Shown here: piece by piece, positions 28,900-39,272 of the stretch
Layout: each line of letters opens with the position of its first letter
Numbering within the stretch: position 1 is the first letter of the stretch
Source of the DNA: an uncultured virus (IMG/VR IMGVR_UViG_3300022851_000011)
Lineage: Duplodnaviria; Heunggongvirae; Uroviricota; Caudoviricetes
Direction: 5' to 3' (one strand)
Length of the DNA stretch: 64,000 nucleotides
Virus record (IMG/VR): IMGVR_UViG_3300022851_000011
Coordinates: 1 to 64,000 of that record
Position numbers and translations under genes: made by a program
The notes under the pieces: generated by a model
What the model was told of the DNA's origin: nothing
Seen by the model: only the letters and a program-made list of their open reading frames with translations
Database searches by the model: none

Positions 28900-29513
28900 C
28901 GTCTACCCCTATCTAAAATCTTAAATCCATTTACAGCAAGCCCTGCGGACATACGCATTTCGTATTGTTCTTTCGTCAAATCCTTATACGGTGTTCGCTT
29001 AATATTACTGTTTGTTAACATACTTTCTAACGCAAGTGTTTCTTCTTCTTCTTGTGTGTGTATTTCACGATATTTTTGTGGACTCATCGGAACAATGCGT
29101 TTCAAGTTATTAACTGTTAACTCCCATTCTGGAACATTACGCTTACGTGATGCGCCATAACGAAATTTCCATTTATCCACGTTACTGATATTTTTTAATT
29201 CTTTAAGGATAAGCATAAGTTGCTCTGGGAATGTAAGTCTGCGTTCAAACTCTACAAATACCAAATACCAACCATCTTGGAACTCGGCTTTACCAGCTTC
29301 TGCATCCAATACGATGTCATATCCTTTTTCAAGAAAGCTTTCTAGATCAGCTGCTGCTGCTCGATATTTTACCTTGAAGCTAACTACAATAATCTGATCA
29401 TCATCGCCCATTTTGGCTTGAAACTCATCAATGTGAATTTCATCATGGATAAGATCACGTAGCTCCTGTTCTTTTAACCCTTCGTTAAGTGGTTTATTGA
29501 TAAAACTATACAT
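28896..29513 (-). CDS. hypothetical phage protein
   Basis: 205 aa, PLNEG near the N-terminus; coupled to neighbours. Confidence 0.6.
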   Translation of the reverse strand: MYSFINKPLNEGLKEQELRDLIHDEIHIDEFQAKMGDDDQIIVVSFKVKYRAAAADLESFLEKGYDIVLDAEAGKAEFQDGWYLVFVEFERRLTFPEQLMLILKELKNISNVDKWKFRYGASRKRNVPEWELTVNNLKRIVPMSPQKYREIHTQEEEETLALESMLTNSNIKRTPYKDLTKEQYEMRMSAGLAVNGFKILDRGRR

Positions 29514-30052
29514 TAAAACTCTAATCCTAATTCTTCGTCGGCTGCATCTTCGATACCGCCTTCTGCTGCACCTTCTTCGTCCAAATCTTCTTCCATAGCC
29601 TGATCGATATCTTCCATATTAATATTCTGACCTTCAATCTCAATAAATCCTTGACGAATATCGCCAATCAAGTCTTTAGGCATACGAATAGTTACCAACC
29701 ATATAGGCACACTGCGTTGTTTTGGTAGTTGTGTACCGGGTTTAAAGTCGTCGGGTGTTTCTACCTTAACTGGTGTTTGTAGCTCTGTTTTTTGGAAATG
29801 CACTTTGCAGTTATAATCAAGCAAACGTCTTGAAGCGGCTGGATCGGGCATTAGTTTGTATGGATACATAAACTGACAAGTAACCCAATACTTCTCAACT
29901 TCTGGTCCAGCTACTAGCTCGCCCTTAATCCAATGCTTGAATGCATATATATCCACACTATCTAGAACACGTTCGAAATCAAGTAATGATGACAGTATAC
30001 TATCTGTCATATAAAGATTTCGGGTATTGTCAACTACATTTTTTAAATCCAT
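29513..30052 (-). CDS. hypothetical phage protein
   Basis: LLDFERVLD...W..GELV.GP; acidic tail; ATAAATA upstream. Confidence 0.65.
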   Translation of the reverse strand: MDLKNVVDNTRNLYMTDSILSSLLDFERVLDSVDIYAFKHWIKGELVAGPEVEKYWVTCQFMYPYKLMPDPAASRRLLDYNCKVHFQKTELQTPVKVETPDDFKPGTQLPKQRSVPIWLVTIRMPKDLIGDIRQGFIEIEGQNINMEDIDQAMEEDLDEEGAAEGGIEDAADEELGLEF

Positions 30053-30217
30053 TTGGTGATCACCCTCGTTTTAAGTATTTATGCTTTTCAATACTTTCTT
30101 TCGGGAAAATAATCTTCCATTTCACCTTCACGATAAAGATCAAGTGTGATACAATGAAGTCCACCATCCCAAAAATATCGGTGTCTAATCCCCCAATCGG
30201 TGAGCTAACGTGTATCA

Positions 30218-31258
30218 TTAATCAACAAGTTCTTTCTTATACACACTACTTAAACCAAGCACTTCACTATTAAATCTAACCAATGCCCGCAACGATGATT
30301 CTGTTACAAAGCTCATAATACGGTCACGATGTGCATTTCCCACTTCGCCAATCTTCCATTCGTATACACCAACTTTAGATTGGATAATCTTTACTGATTC
30401 TGGATCATTAGCCATTTCTGTCAATGCCTGACGCAATCTTTCAGTATTAGGATTGCCCTTACGCACCCACAATGCCTTCTGTAAACCATCACGGAAGCTT
30501 GTAACTAGATTATATGCTGCATAAAAATCACTTGATTGTGTATCTAACGATAATGCAGTTATTTTGGTATTGCCAGTGTTTGGATCGGTAGTGTGTTTAC
30601 CCGATTCAGTATCTAATACACCGTGGTCAAACCAATATGATGCTTCACCCGATTCAATCATCGGATTAACGTGCTTCTTGAATGCTGCTGGATTTTCACG
30701 AGTTGCGGTTAGTTCGCCTCTGCGGAATGCTAGTCTGCGTTCGCCGCCACTCATTCCTTTAACCCATACCACATTGTCACTGAAACACTTAGCATAATAT
30801 GCATATGTTTGTGCTTTGCCATCATCGCATAACAAAATAGACATAGCCAATGCTTCTGGAACCATACCAGAACCTGCGGCGAATCTAATCTTGCCAGATG
30901 CATCCGCTCTCTTGGCTACTAAAATATTCAAGTTCATTGAACCAATGCTATCATAATCAGCATAGTTATAATCTACTTCTTCTTGTAGAAAACTAACAGC
31001 ATTACCGCCGTGTGAAATCATCACCATATTATCATCGTGCTGCAACTCATTATGAAACTTATTAAAGCCGGGAATGTCTCTTGCACCGGGAATGTGGCGA
31101 ATAACAATCTTTTCGCCAAGTTTCTTTTCAAGTTCAGTAGCAACAATCTGTGCCCAAACACTTGTTCCGCCACCGGGTTTCTGTGGCACAACGAATGTGA
31201 TATCGGCGGATACTGGTGTAGCCAACACCAAAAATAAGGCTACTAAAAATTTACGCAT
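30218..31258 (-). CDS. tctC: tripartite tricarboxylate transporter substrate-binding protein (TctC/Bug-like)
   Basis: Signal peptide then ITFVVPQKPGGGTSVWAQ...IPGA. Confidence 0.75.
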   Translation of the reverse strand: MRKFLVALFLVLATPVSADITFVVPQKPGGGTSVWAQIVATELEKKLGEKIVIRHIPGARDIPGFNKFHNELQHDDNMVMISHGGNAVSFLQEEVDYNYADYDSIGSMNLNILVAKRADASGKIRFAAGSGMVPEALAMSILLCDDGKAQTYAYYAKCFSDNVVWVKGMSGGERRLAFRRGELTATRENPAAFKKHVNPMIESGEASYWFDHGVLDTESGKHTTDPNTGNTKITALSLDTQSSDFYAAYNLVTSFRDGLQKALWVRKGNPNTERLRQALTEMANDPESVKIIQSKVGVYEWKIGEVGNAHRDRIMSFVTESSLRALVRFNSEVLGLSSVYKKELVD

Positions 31259-32675
31259 ATTTGATTTTTCCTTTCTTGAAACTAAATGCGAACACCGCAA
31301 TGATTATAACCATTAAAATCAAGAACAGCGGTCTTTCTATGAGGGTAGTGAAATCGTATAGGGTTGTAAGTTGTATCGATAATGCTTCTACTTTGCTTGC
31401 TAGAATAAATGCAACCAACAACGCCGGTCGTGAATATTTATATCTTTTCATACCCACTCCAAAAAAACTAAAGAATGCCAACACCGCAAAATCTTCCCAT
31501 CCACCCGTGTATTGCATACACGCCCATACTATCATTACCAATAACAACGGAAAATAGTATATGTATGGAATACTCGTGATTTTGCATACGGTATTAACGA
31601 ATATTAATGAAATGATACCAACGATTAGGGTGGCGGCAAGAAAACCGATACTCATACTTTGAAAAAACTGTGTGTCATTCATAAGGTCAGGTGAACCCAA
31701 CTCTATGCCAAGATACGCAAACAATCCCATTAGAACCGCTGCGAATGGTGCACCGGGAATACCGAACAATACAGTCGGAATCATACTGGTAGCTTTTTGT
31801 GCATTATTAGAGCCTTCAGGTCCAATCACGCCTTTGATGTTGCCGTTACCAAACTCTTCATTTGGGTTACTTGCAACAGCCTGTGAATACGATAACCAAT
31901 CACTGACCGATCCGCCAAGACCCGGCAATAATCCAACAAGCGCACCTATAAATCCACCACGCATCGATAACCATTTGTTATCCCATACTGCCTTCATTCC
32001 TTCAATAGTTTCACGTTTTGCAACCGTTGTGGTGGCACGGCGTTTCTTAAAACCTTCAAGCAACTCGGGAACCGCAAATAATCCTGCCACCACTGGAATC
32101 AACTGGATACCATCTTGTAAATAGAACCATCCCATTGTGAAACGGGGGTCATTGGTAGCTGGGTCAACCCCTACTAATCCAAGGAAGATACCAGCACCAA
32201 TGGCGATTATACTCAATAGTGGCTTGTCTGTTGAAAGAAACCCCACTGTCGCCAATGCCAATACAGTGAACGCCCATAGTTCTGGTATACCAAAGATTAA
32301 TATGACTTGACTGTATATAGGAAGTAACAGGAACACGATAGAACCCCAAAATAATCCGTTGACCGTAGATGTGGTGACGGCGGCAGAAATGGCATAACTT
32401 GCCCGACCCTGTTGTGCTAATGGAAATCCGTCAACCATCGTGGCTGCTGAACTATTGGCACCGGGAATACCCAATAAGATACTGGTGAAACTATCGGCGG
32501 TTGTTGAGGCCGCTACCACCGCCATTAAGAATACCACGCCCGCATATGGGTCAGCCAATAAGAACGGCATTACTGCATACAATGCAACCAATCCTGTGGT
32601 CGCACCCGCTGCTGGAACGATACCAACTATAAATCCATAAAGAATACCCGCTATTAATGCTGCTGCTATAATCAC
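31251..32675 (-). CDS. tctA: tripartite tricarboxylate transporter large membrane subunit
   Basis: LLGIPG...AATMVDGFPLAQQG; GLLPGLGG; PEGSNNA; LFGIPG; many TM helices. Confidence 0.9.
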   Translation of the reverse strand: MIIAAALIAGILYGFIVGIVPAAGATTGLVALYAVMPFLLADPYAGVVFLMAVVAASTTADSFTSILLGIPGANSSAATMVDGFPLAQQGRASYAISAAVTTSTVNGLFWGSIVFLLLPIYSQVILIFGIPELWAFTVLALATVGFLSTDKPLLSIIAIGAGIFLGLVGVDPATNDPRFTMGWFYLQDGIQLIPVVAGLFAVPELLEGFKKRRATTTVAKRETIEGMKAVWDNKWLSMRGGFIGALVGLLPGLGGSVSDWLSYSQAVASNPNEEFGNGNIKGVIGPEGSNNAQKATSMIPTVLFGIPGAPFAAVLMGLFAYLGIELGSPDLMNDTQFFQSMSIGFLAATLIVGIISLIFVNTVCKITSIPYIYYFPLLLVMIVWACMQYTGGWEDFAVLAFFSFFGVGMKRYKYSRPALLVAFILASKVEALSIQLTTLYDFTTLIERPLFLILMVIIIAVFAFSFKKGKIKYA

Positions 32676-33229
32676 GGCTTATACACTGCCACCCATACAT
32701 CATCGGTTTTTGGAGATTGTTGATGCCACGCTAGATTATGTAATGCCGCAAAATCCAGCATAAGTTGATTCTGTTCTTCGATACGTGCATACATAAGTTT
32801 GTCGTTAACGTACCAATCGTAGTTCGGATATGTAATATTCCATCCACCCGCTTGTTTCCACCAATCAAAACATTGTTCTGAATCTCGCCACACAAAGACA
32901 ATCCAATCATCGGGGAATACTCGCTGAATCTCTGGTAGTTTATATACCCATTCGTGTGACTTCAATAATGGAATACCTTCGTCCGAATACGGCTTCTTTA
33001 AAATCCAATCATCTACAAGGGCTGGAAACTCCATACCTGTGCCGAAATATGCACCTATATGACCACTGAACTTGCCGTGGCTGTATTGCCTATATGGCGT
33101 TCTGTCCGATGTATCAAATCCGTGATTCTGCTCGAACTTCTGGGCAACACCGCTCCACTTGCTTCCCGGCGCACCTGTATAGAAGATTTTTTCTGGTAAT
33201 AATGAAATCATATAAATATTTATATGCAT
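32672..33229 (-). CDS. P-loop/sulfotransferase-like protein
   Basis: FYTGAPGSKWS...LKSH...FVWRD; the true start may be 33211. Confidence 0.5.
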   Translation of the reverse strand: MHINIYMISLLPEKIFYTGAPGSKWSGVAQKFEQNHGFDTSDRTPYRQYSHGKFSGHIGAYFGTGMEFPALVDDWILKKPYSDEGIPLLKSHEWVYKLPEIQRVFPDDWIVFVWRDSEQCFDWWKQAGGWNITYPNYDWYVNDKLMYARIEEQNQLMLDFAALHNLAWHQQSPKTDDVWVAVYKP

Positions 33230-33739
33230 ACATTACTTAAAAAATATTTTTCAACAACGTGGTTACAGCGTGATAGGACATTGGATCAATATGAGCATTC
33301 AGGTTGGGCATTGCTTGACAAGATTGGACACGAACGTGTATTGGATGTTGGCTGCGGCACCAACCCATTTAAAGGAAAACTAGATGTGTATGGCATAGAT
33401 ATCACGGATGTGGGTGCTGATGAAGTGGTGGCTATTGAAGATTTCAAGCCAAAAGAATATTTCGATGTGGCTTTTTGTCTCGGCAGCATAAACTTCGGTA
33501 CATATTCCGATATTCGAAATCAGATAAAATGTGTAGACGACGCATTATGTAGTACCTCCGCCCGAATCTTCTGGCGTTGCAATCCCGGACAACACGATCA
33601 CGGAAACGATGATTTCAAAGGCATACAAGTGTTTGAATGGAGTGAAGATTTATTGCGTCATTTTGCGGCATTATTTGGGTATGACGTTGTTGATTTTCAG
33701 CAAGACGGAAAAAGATTGTATTGTGAATGGAAAAGATAG
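33224..33739 (+). CDS. SAM-dependent methyltransferase
   Basis: VLDVGCG motif I; FDVAFCLGSINF. Confidence 0.8.
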   Translation: MHTLLKKYFSTTWLQRDRTLDQYEHSGWALLDKIGHERVLDVGCGTNPFKGKLDVYGIDITDVGADEVVAIEDFKPKEYFDVAFCLGSINFGTYSDIRNQIKCVDDALCSTSARIFWRCNPGQHDHGNDDFKGIQVFEWSEDLLRHFAALFGYDVVDFQQDGKRLYCEWKR

Positions 33740-33893
33740 CCCTTTTATCTTTTATATAAATTTATAATATACCTACTTCTAAAACATTTTTTTAAAGTAA
33801 ATAATATTGTGAGCCAAGGTAAACGAGGTTTCGCAATAAAAGCACATAGTGTTTACCTTCTGGGTCACCATATAACAATGGAGAAGAAAACAT

Positions 33894-34610
33894 ATGTCAA
33901 GAAGAAAACGCGCACAAAAAGCACCAAAAGACAACACCATTCAATTCAATGAATTCGTTCAAAAGAAACAATCCGTTCAAATGATTCCACGTTCACTGAA
34001 TCAAGAAGAATACATTGACAATCTTCTAAATGAAGATAAATTGATTGTGTTCGCTACTGGACCAGCTGGAACAGGTAAAACCCTGTTGGCTGTGATGGCG
34101 GCGATTAAAGCGTTCAAAGAAGGAAAAGTAGAAAAGATCGTTGTGACACGACCAGCAGTTGGCGTTGACGACGAAAAACATGGCTTCTTGCCGGGTGACC
34201 TAAATGCAAAGATGGCACCTTGGACACGACCTATTTTTGATGTATTGGAAGAATATTACTCTGCCAAAAGCATTGAAACATACGTTAATGAAAATGTCAT
34301 TGAGATTTCACCATTGGCTATGATGCGAGGACGAACATTTCGAAATTCATACATCATCGCTGACGAAGTTCAAAATACCACTGAAAACCAGATGAAAATG
34401 CTACTAACACGCATTGGAGAAAACAGTAAACTTGTCCTAACGGGCGACTTGGCACAAACCGATATTATTAGAAAAAACGGCTTGGTTGAGTTTATTGGAC
34501 TTATGCAACAGCGTTCGTCTGATGTTATTTCACATTCATCGTTTGATAAAACAGACGTACAACGAAGTGAAGCAGTACGAGAAGTATTGCGGATTTATAA
34601 CGACGATTGA
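33894..34610 (+). CDS. phoH: PhoH-family ATPase
   Basis: GPAGTGKT, TRPAV, GFLPG, MRGRTF, DEVQN, GDLAQTD. Confidence 0.95.
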   Translation: MSRRKRAQKAPKDNTIQFNEFVQKKQSVQMIPRSLNQEEYIDNLLNEDKLIVFATGPAGTGKTLLAVMAAIKAFKEGKVEKIVVTRPAVGVDDEKHGFLPGDLNAKMAPWTRPIFDVLEEYYSAKSIETYVNENVIEISPLAMMRGRTFRNSYIIADEVQNTTENQMKMLLTRIGENSKLVLTGDLAQTDIIRKNGLVEFIGLMQQRSSDVISHSSFDKTDVQRSEAVREVLRIYNDD

Positions 34611-34620
34611 TTCCGATAGC

Positions 34621-34652
34621 AAAAACCCCGGTCATAACAAACCGGGGTTTTT
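34621..34652. terminator. bidirectional intrinsic terminator
   Basis: AAAAACCCCGGT-N8-ACCGGGGTTTTT between convergent genes. Confidence 0.85.
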
Positions 34653-34779
34653 CACGATTGATAACTTTCCCACCATACAAACAACGCCCGACCTTACTTG
34701 TGGATTTTGACCTATAGCAAGTTATCTTTTATGTGACTTCGTGTAAACCATTTTCTAAAAGGGTAAGGTTCGGGTATTC

Positions 34780-35109
34780 TTAATCTAGTCGTGAATCAGC
34801 ATAAACATCAAGTCCCGTTAGTTCGCCAAACTTAGCAGCGTATGCTTTTGCGCCAACTTCTTTGATGTCAACATTTTGGACATTAAGTCCGCCGGGATTC
34901 CATAGATCATACCGCTTGGGATACACGCTTTTGCGAAAACCCATCTTAACCAGTGCTGCGGCAGTCTTACGGTTGCGACCATCAAGTTTGACTGATACCC
35001 AAGCAAAACCACAATAAAAGGCATCGCCCGTTTTGTCATAAACTTCTTTGGACGCTTTGGCGGCTTCGAACTTGGCTGCGTAATGTGCATCAACGAGTGC
35101 TTTAGTCAT
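34780..35109 (-). CDS. hypothetical phage protein
   Basis: CGFAWV...SRLD; GGAG RBS before MTKAL. Confidence 0.65.
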   Translation of the reverse strand: MTKALVDAHYAAKFEAAKASKEVYDKTGDAFYCGFAWVSVKLDGRNRKTAAALVKMGFRKSVYPKRYDLWNPGGLNVQNVDIKEVGAKAYAAKFGELTGLDVYADSRLD

Positions 35110-35131
35110 TTTAATATCTCCGTTTATTGGG

Positions 35132-35551
35132 TTAAGCAATCAAGCCGTTCACGACTTGATCAACAGTAAACTTGTAACGACCGCCTTGTTGACCGACGCC
35201 TGAGAATGGATACTTGTAGCGGGATTTCTTAACACCGACTAGTGTAAAGATACGACCACCGATTTCAAACTGTCGGCCACGAAGCGATGCTGGCAGAACG
35301 TTCGTAAAAGCAGTTTCACGAATCAGTTCGGCTTCATCGGCGTTTTGGGACATTGCTTCCCAAAACTGTTCTTTTTCGTCGGGAACTGCGGTTACACTAG
35401 CGTTCATTGTGACACGGAATGCTTTATCTTCAAAGCGAATGTTGCCAAGGTCAAATGCTACGCCGTGCTTTTCGCCAACTTCAGCAAGTGCTGCCATAAC
35501 GTCACTGCGAACTGCGTTTAGGTTACCACGATTAAATGTCTTGATGGTCAT
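35132..35551 (-). CDS. hypothetical phage protein
   Basis: GGAG RBS; promoter TTGACA-N16-TATACT upstream. Confidence 0.7.
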   Translation of the reverse strand: MTIKTFNRGNLNAVRSDVMAALAEVGEKHGVAFDLGNIRFEDKAFRVTMNASVTAVPDEKEQFWEAMSQNADEAELIRETAFTNVLPASLRGRQFEIGGRIFTLVGVKKSRYKYPFSGVGQQGGRYKFTVDQVVNGLIA

Positions 35552-35752
35552 TTTTCAATCTCTCCGTTTGAATCAACTTACTTTTGGAGTATAGCAGGAT
35601 TGTCGGCGTTGTCAATCATTATTTTGATGTTCGGTGTTATCAAACGGTTCGGGCATAAATCCTGCATAGTTACCATTCCTATCAAAGCACGGGGTTCCGC
35701 CATACTCTTCTTGATATTCACGGAAGGTTTCTTTGCTTACGTGTGATGTTCC

Positions 35753-36334
35753 TTACTCTGAAATGATTTCGTAGATTTCTGCCCACGTTTCGATTGGGTG
35801 AATGTCGTCGTGTGTGAAGTTTACACTGTGTCCGTGCTTAACCAAGATAGTTTCTAGACCCAACTCGTGACCGTCTTTTGCATTGCCGATTGAATCTTCA
35901 ATCCAGAAACGTCCAGTGTCACGGTATTTGGTCAAGTGATGAATCTTGTTTGGTATATCACCAACCAATGTCAGCTTACTAATCGCTGAACCATACAGGT
36001 CAGTCAGATTCTTCAACCGACGCTCGTAAATCTCAGGAGTATCTTCAATGGCGGTGATTACGTGGAACACAAAGCCTTCGCTATGCAACTTCGCAACATA
36101 CTCTTGTGCGTCACGAAATGGTGCTAGGCGACCAATGTAATCAGAACGATTGAACTCTTCAACGAATGCAGCGCCTTCAACGCTTGTCACGCCGGGAATA
36201 CGGTATTCAACTTTATAAACACCTTCTGACTCTGGCTCAAGTTCACGATCATGAGTTTCTTTCAGCCACTCTTCAAAGCCGCCAACCCAGTCTGCGACAA
36301 CTCCATCACAGTCGCACAAAATCGTTTTGTTCAT
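35753..36334 (-). CDS. HAD-family 5'(3')-deoxyribonucleotidase
   Basis: DCDGVVADW, VIT, WIEDS motifs. Confidence 0.8.
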   Translation of the reverse strand: MNKTILCDCDGVVADWVGGFEEWLKETHDRELEPESEGVYKVEYRIPGVTSVEGAAFVEEFNRSDYIGRLAPFRDAQEYVAKLHSEGFVFHVITAIEDTPEIYERRLKNLTDLYGSAISKLTLVGDIPNKIHHLTKYRDTGRFWIEDSIGNAKDGHELGLETILVKHGHSVNFTHDDIHPIETWAEIYEIISE

Positions 36335-36407
36335 ATTGTTTTTTTCCTTGTTTCTCATTACTATGTACTACCAAATGCAGCGGTGTTTGTCAAGCTAAAA
36401 TGACCTA

Positions 36408-37175
36408 CTATACCACCTTGACGTAGTTTAGTTCTGTTTCTTTGGCACGGGTGTAATCGCTAACCTTAGTGCGCTTTACTTTACCCTTAATACGACATGT
36501 TTCGCCGAACACTTCGGGTGCCTTCTGCGACCAGAAAGTAACAGCATTCTCGCCCGTCGAAGCATTATAAACATAGCAACCAAACTTCTCAATGAACTTG
36601 CTGGTGATGATTTTAATATCAACCTCAATCTTGTCACCGACCACGCCGATATATTCACTTGTATGTGCAAGTTCGTCGATTTCTTCTTGGTGCTTCTTAT
36701 TGACAGCATCACGTTCAAATGAACTAGGCATTGATGCGACGATACCCATATTTCGTGGCGTAACTTCGCCAGAATCAATGATATCATAAATCAACTGCGT
36801 GTAATCATTTAACTGACCACCGAGTGCACTGAACATCAGTTTCTGAAAGTGCTTGATAATCTCGTCAGCCTTGGCATACGTTTCTTCGGTTACATTAAGT
36901 TTTGGAATATGATGCTTTTCGCTATTCCAGTACGTAACTGATTTGTGTCCGAAAAACTCTTTCACGATGTCTTTATTTGCGAATACATATGGTTCGCCAT
37001 CATACACCCCGTCATATCCTTCGGGCACTGCTACTGTTTGAACTGTGCCATCAAAAATACGGCGGTTTACTGGATACGCTGCTTTAACGTATCCCAACTT
37101 TTCAAAAGAGTTAACATCGCTTGCTGCGACAGCTACTGCTAAAACTTCACGAAGTGGTAAAGGCTGCTTTTTCAT
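36408..37175 (-). CDS. hypothetical protein with C-terminal OB-fold-like region
   Basis: SEYIGVVGDKI...IKGKVK...ETELNYVK. Confidence 0.55.
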   Translation of the reverse strand: MKKQPLPLREVLAVAVAASDVNSFEKLGYVKAAYPVNRRIFDGTVQTVAVPEGYDGVYDGEPYVFANKDIVKEFFGHKSVTYWNSEKHHIPKLNVTEETYAKADEIIKHFQKLMFSALGGQLNDYTQLIYDIIDSGEVTPRNMGIVASMPSSFERDAVNKKHQEEIDELAHTSEYIGVVGDKIEVDIKIITSKFIEKFGCYVYNASTGENAVTFWSQKAPEVFGETCRIKGKVKRTKVSDYTRAKETELNYVKVV

Positions 37176-37216
37176 TGTATTGCTCCGTTATGATTTAACT
37201 GTAGTATAACGCAAGG

Positions 37217-37540
37217 TTATGTCAAGCGTTGTTTATCAGATAACCGCAAATAATCATTGATATAGTGTTCGTAGTTTTGAGCATAGTAGTCGTATAACTT
37301 GTCGTAATCATTTTCACCGTCATTAGCTTTCCAGTTTTTAACGATCCGTTTTTCGTCAACATCGAGAATAACCTGTGCTTCCAGTTCGTCACGTTTACGT
37401 AAACCGTCAGTCATTTTCATTGTTTCGTCCCACTGAATATTACGATCATCATTCATCCAACCTTTGATGTGGGTTGGAACGCCTTTGCGTGGTTTTAATG
37501 CGTAATATGCAACGATGTGTCTGTTTTTTACTCTAGCCAT
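37217..37540 (-). CDS. hypothetical protein
   Basis: 107-aa ORF with RBS. Confidence 0.6.
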   Translation of the reverse strand: MARVKNRHIVAYYALKPRKGVPTHIKGWMNDDRNIQWDETMKMTDGLRKRDELEAQVILDVDEKRIVKNWKANDGENDYDKLYDYYAQNYEHYINDYLRLSDKQRLT

Positions 37541-37550
37541 TTTATTTCCT

Positions 37551-38465
37551 TTATTTGATTCCTAATAAGTCACCAGCCGTAGCGGTAACGTGAATGTCTG
37601 GGTGTGCGATACTCGGAATAGCCACGATAGCATCACGAATAATCTTGTTTGCACGAAAGTATTGTTCATCGGTTTCAGCAAACAGGTTAACGTTGTTATA
37701 AAACCATACGAACATATCTTCAATCTCGTCTTGGCGAATGTTATCCGACAATAGCTTAACTGCCTCACGATAACGTGAATCCTTAACCAACTCAACAAAC
37801 GCCAACTTGATGTCTACCGTTGTTTCGCTAACTGTCGGAATCTTCAACTTGCCATCAATCGTATTTTGTTGGACCAAGTTCAATGCTTTACGCAAACTTG
37901 GATACGTTGCCTTTACGTAGTTGTCAAGTAAGTCAATGTCAAAGTCTACTTCTTCATTGATTAACACTTCGGCAACACGTGCGGTAAACTCGGTATGATC
38001 TTGTTTTTCAATCTTAAAAACCTGACAACGATCTTGAATCGCTGGCATAATCTTGTGCACGTAGTTACACGTCAGAATGAAACGACAACTTGTATTTTCA
38101 ACCATCGGGGTTCGTAGGGATGGTTGGACTGAATGTAGGTTTAGGTAATCAGCCTCATCAATCAATACAATCTTGAAGTTACCGAATGGCATCGTTTGTG
38201 TAAAGCCATCAAGTTTGGCATTGAACTCATCGATTTTACGACCTTCTTTTGAACCATTGAGCATCATTACGTCATACTCATCAATATCTAGTTCGTTGAT
38301 AAGAACTTTTGCCAATGTGGTTTTGCCAGTACCCGGTGGACCGTGGAATAGGATATGTGGAATATCCCCTTTCTTAATCCATTCGTTTACTTGTGCTTTT
38401 TGTTCGTCACCGTGAAACACATAGTCGTCTACGGTTTTCGGTCTGTATTTTTCCGTCCAGAGCAT
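37551..38465 (-). CDS. clamp loader ATPase subunit (T4 gp44/RFC-like)
   Basis: LWTEKYRP, GPPGTGKT, DEAD, FILTCN, DRC. Confidence 0.92.
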   Translation of the reverse strand: MLWTEKYRPKTVDDYVFHGDEQKAQVNEWIKKGDIPHILFHGPPGTGKTTLAKVLINELDIDEYDVMMLNGSKEGRKIDEFNAKLDGFTQTMPFGNFKIVLIDEADYLNLHSVQPSLRTPMVENTSCRFILTCNYVHKIMPAIQDRCQVFKIEKQDHTEFTARVAEVLINEEVDFDIDLLDNYVKATYPSLRKALNLVQQNTIDGKLKIPTVSETTVDIKLAFVELVKDSRYREAVKLLSDNIRQDEIEDMFVWFYNNVNLFAETDEQYFRANKIIRDAIVAIPSIAHPDIHVTATAGDLLGIK

Positions 38466-38492
38466 TTATTACCTCTATTAAGTGTGTACATT

Positions 38493-38521
38493 ATTATACG
38501 ATATATTAAAACTATTGTCAA
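38493..38521 (-). promoter_or_regulatory. consensus sigma70 promoter for the clamp loader
   Basis: TTGACA-N17-TATAAT on the minus strand. Confidence 0.75.
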
Positions 38522-38584
38522 TAAGATAAATACCATAACAGGAGATTTATCTTATATAAGATAAATACCATAACAGGAGATTTA
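38521..38584 (+). repeat. 29-bp direct repeat of late promoter plus RBS
   Basis: ATAAGATAAATACCATAACAGGAGATTTA at 38521 and 38556, 6-bp spacer. Confidence 0.9.
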
Positions 38585-38588
38585 CCAA

Positions 38589-39272
38589 ATGAGAGTTAAC
38601 GACTTTAGAACACTGCTTGAAGGCTTCAATGATATCGAAGAAGCGGGCACCCGTGACCCCAGTATAGATTATAAAGAAGAGGGTAAATCAAAAGCAGATA
38701 AAGTCATTGGTGATATCACCAAAGTTACTGCAATGGTAAAAGGCACAACTTCTGAAAAGCTAACTAAACTATCGAAGCGTTATCTTGTTCTGGATCGTGC
38801 CACCAAAGAGTTCACCAAACGCCGTGAACTTGTTAAAGAAGAAGAAATGCGTCCTATCTTTGACTTATTATTTGCCGCCGAAGATGCTGCTTTGACCCGT
38901 GTTATTGAAACAGTATCCCTTACTGTTCAAATGGGCAAGGATGTAGAAGCATCGACGACCGAAGAAGAAGTGTTAGATACCGAGAAGTTTATGGGTGAAC
39001 TTATTCAACTTCTTGACAAAGACCTTATTCCAGTAGTTTTGAAACTAAAAGAAAAACATACTAAGCTTGAAAAGAAAGTCAAAAAGGGAAAGATCGGTGC
39101 TATTACACAGCCCAAAATGAAGAAAGAAAGTATCGTTCACGAAGGTGTTGCCGATACACTTAAAAAGTATATGTCACAACTATTAAAGTGGACCCAAACT
39201 GAACTTATGGACTTCGATGAAGACTTCGCACAAATCCAACAAAACTATAACGGTCGCCGCCCTAAGTTTTAA
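38589..39272 (+). CDS. putative late/internal protein
   Basis: MRVNDFRTLLEG leader; late promoter motif and RBS. Confidence 0.65.
   Translation: MRVNDFRTLLEGFNDIEEAGTRDPSIDYKEEGKSKADKVIGDITKVTAMVKGTTSEKLTKLSKRYLVLDRATKEFTKRRELVKEEEMRPIFDLLFAAEDAALTRVIETVSLTVQMGKDVEASTTEEEVLDTEKFMGELIQLLDKDLIPVVLKLKEKHTKLEKKVKKGKIGAITQPKMKKESIVHEGVADTLKKYMSQLLKWTQTELMDFDEDFAQIQQNYNGRRPKF

Noticed and set aside
37201..37226. Promoter TTGACA...TATACT upstream of 36408-37175
   Set aside because: The spacer is only 11 bp, too short for sigma70 as written.
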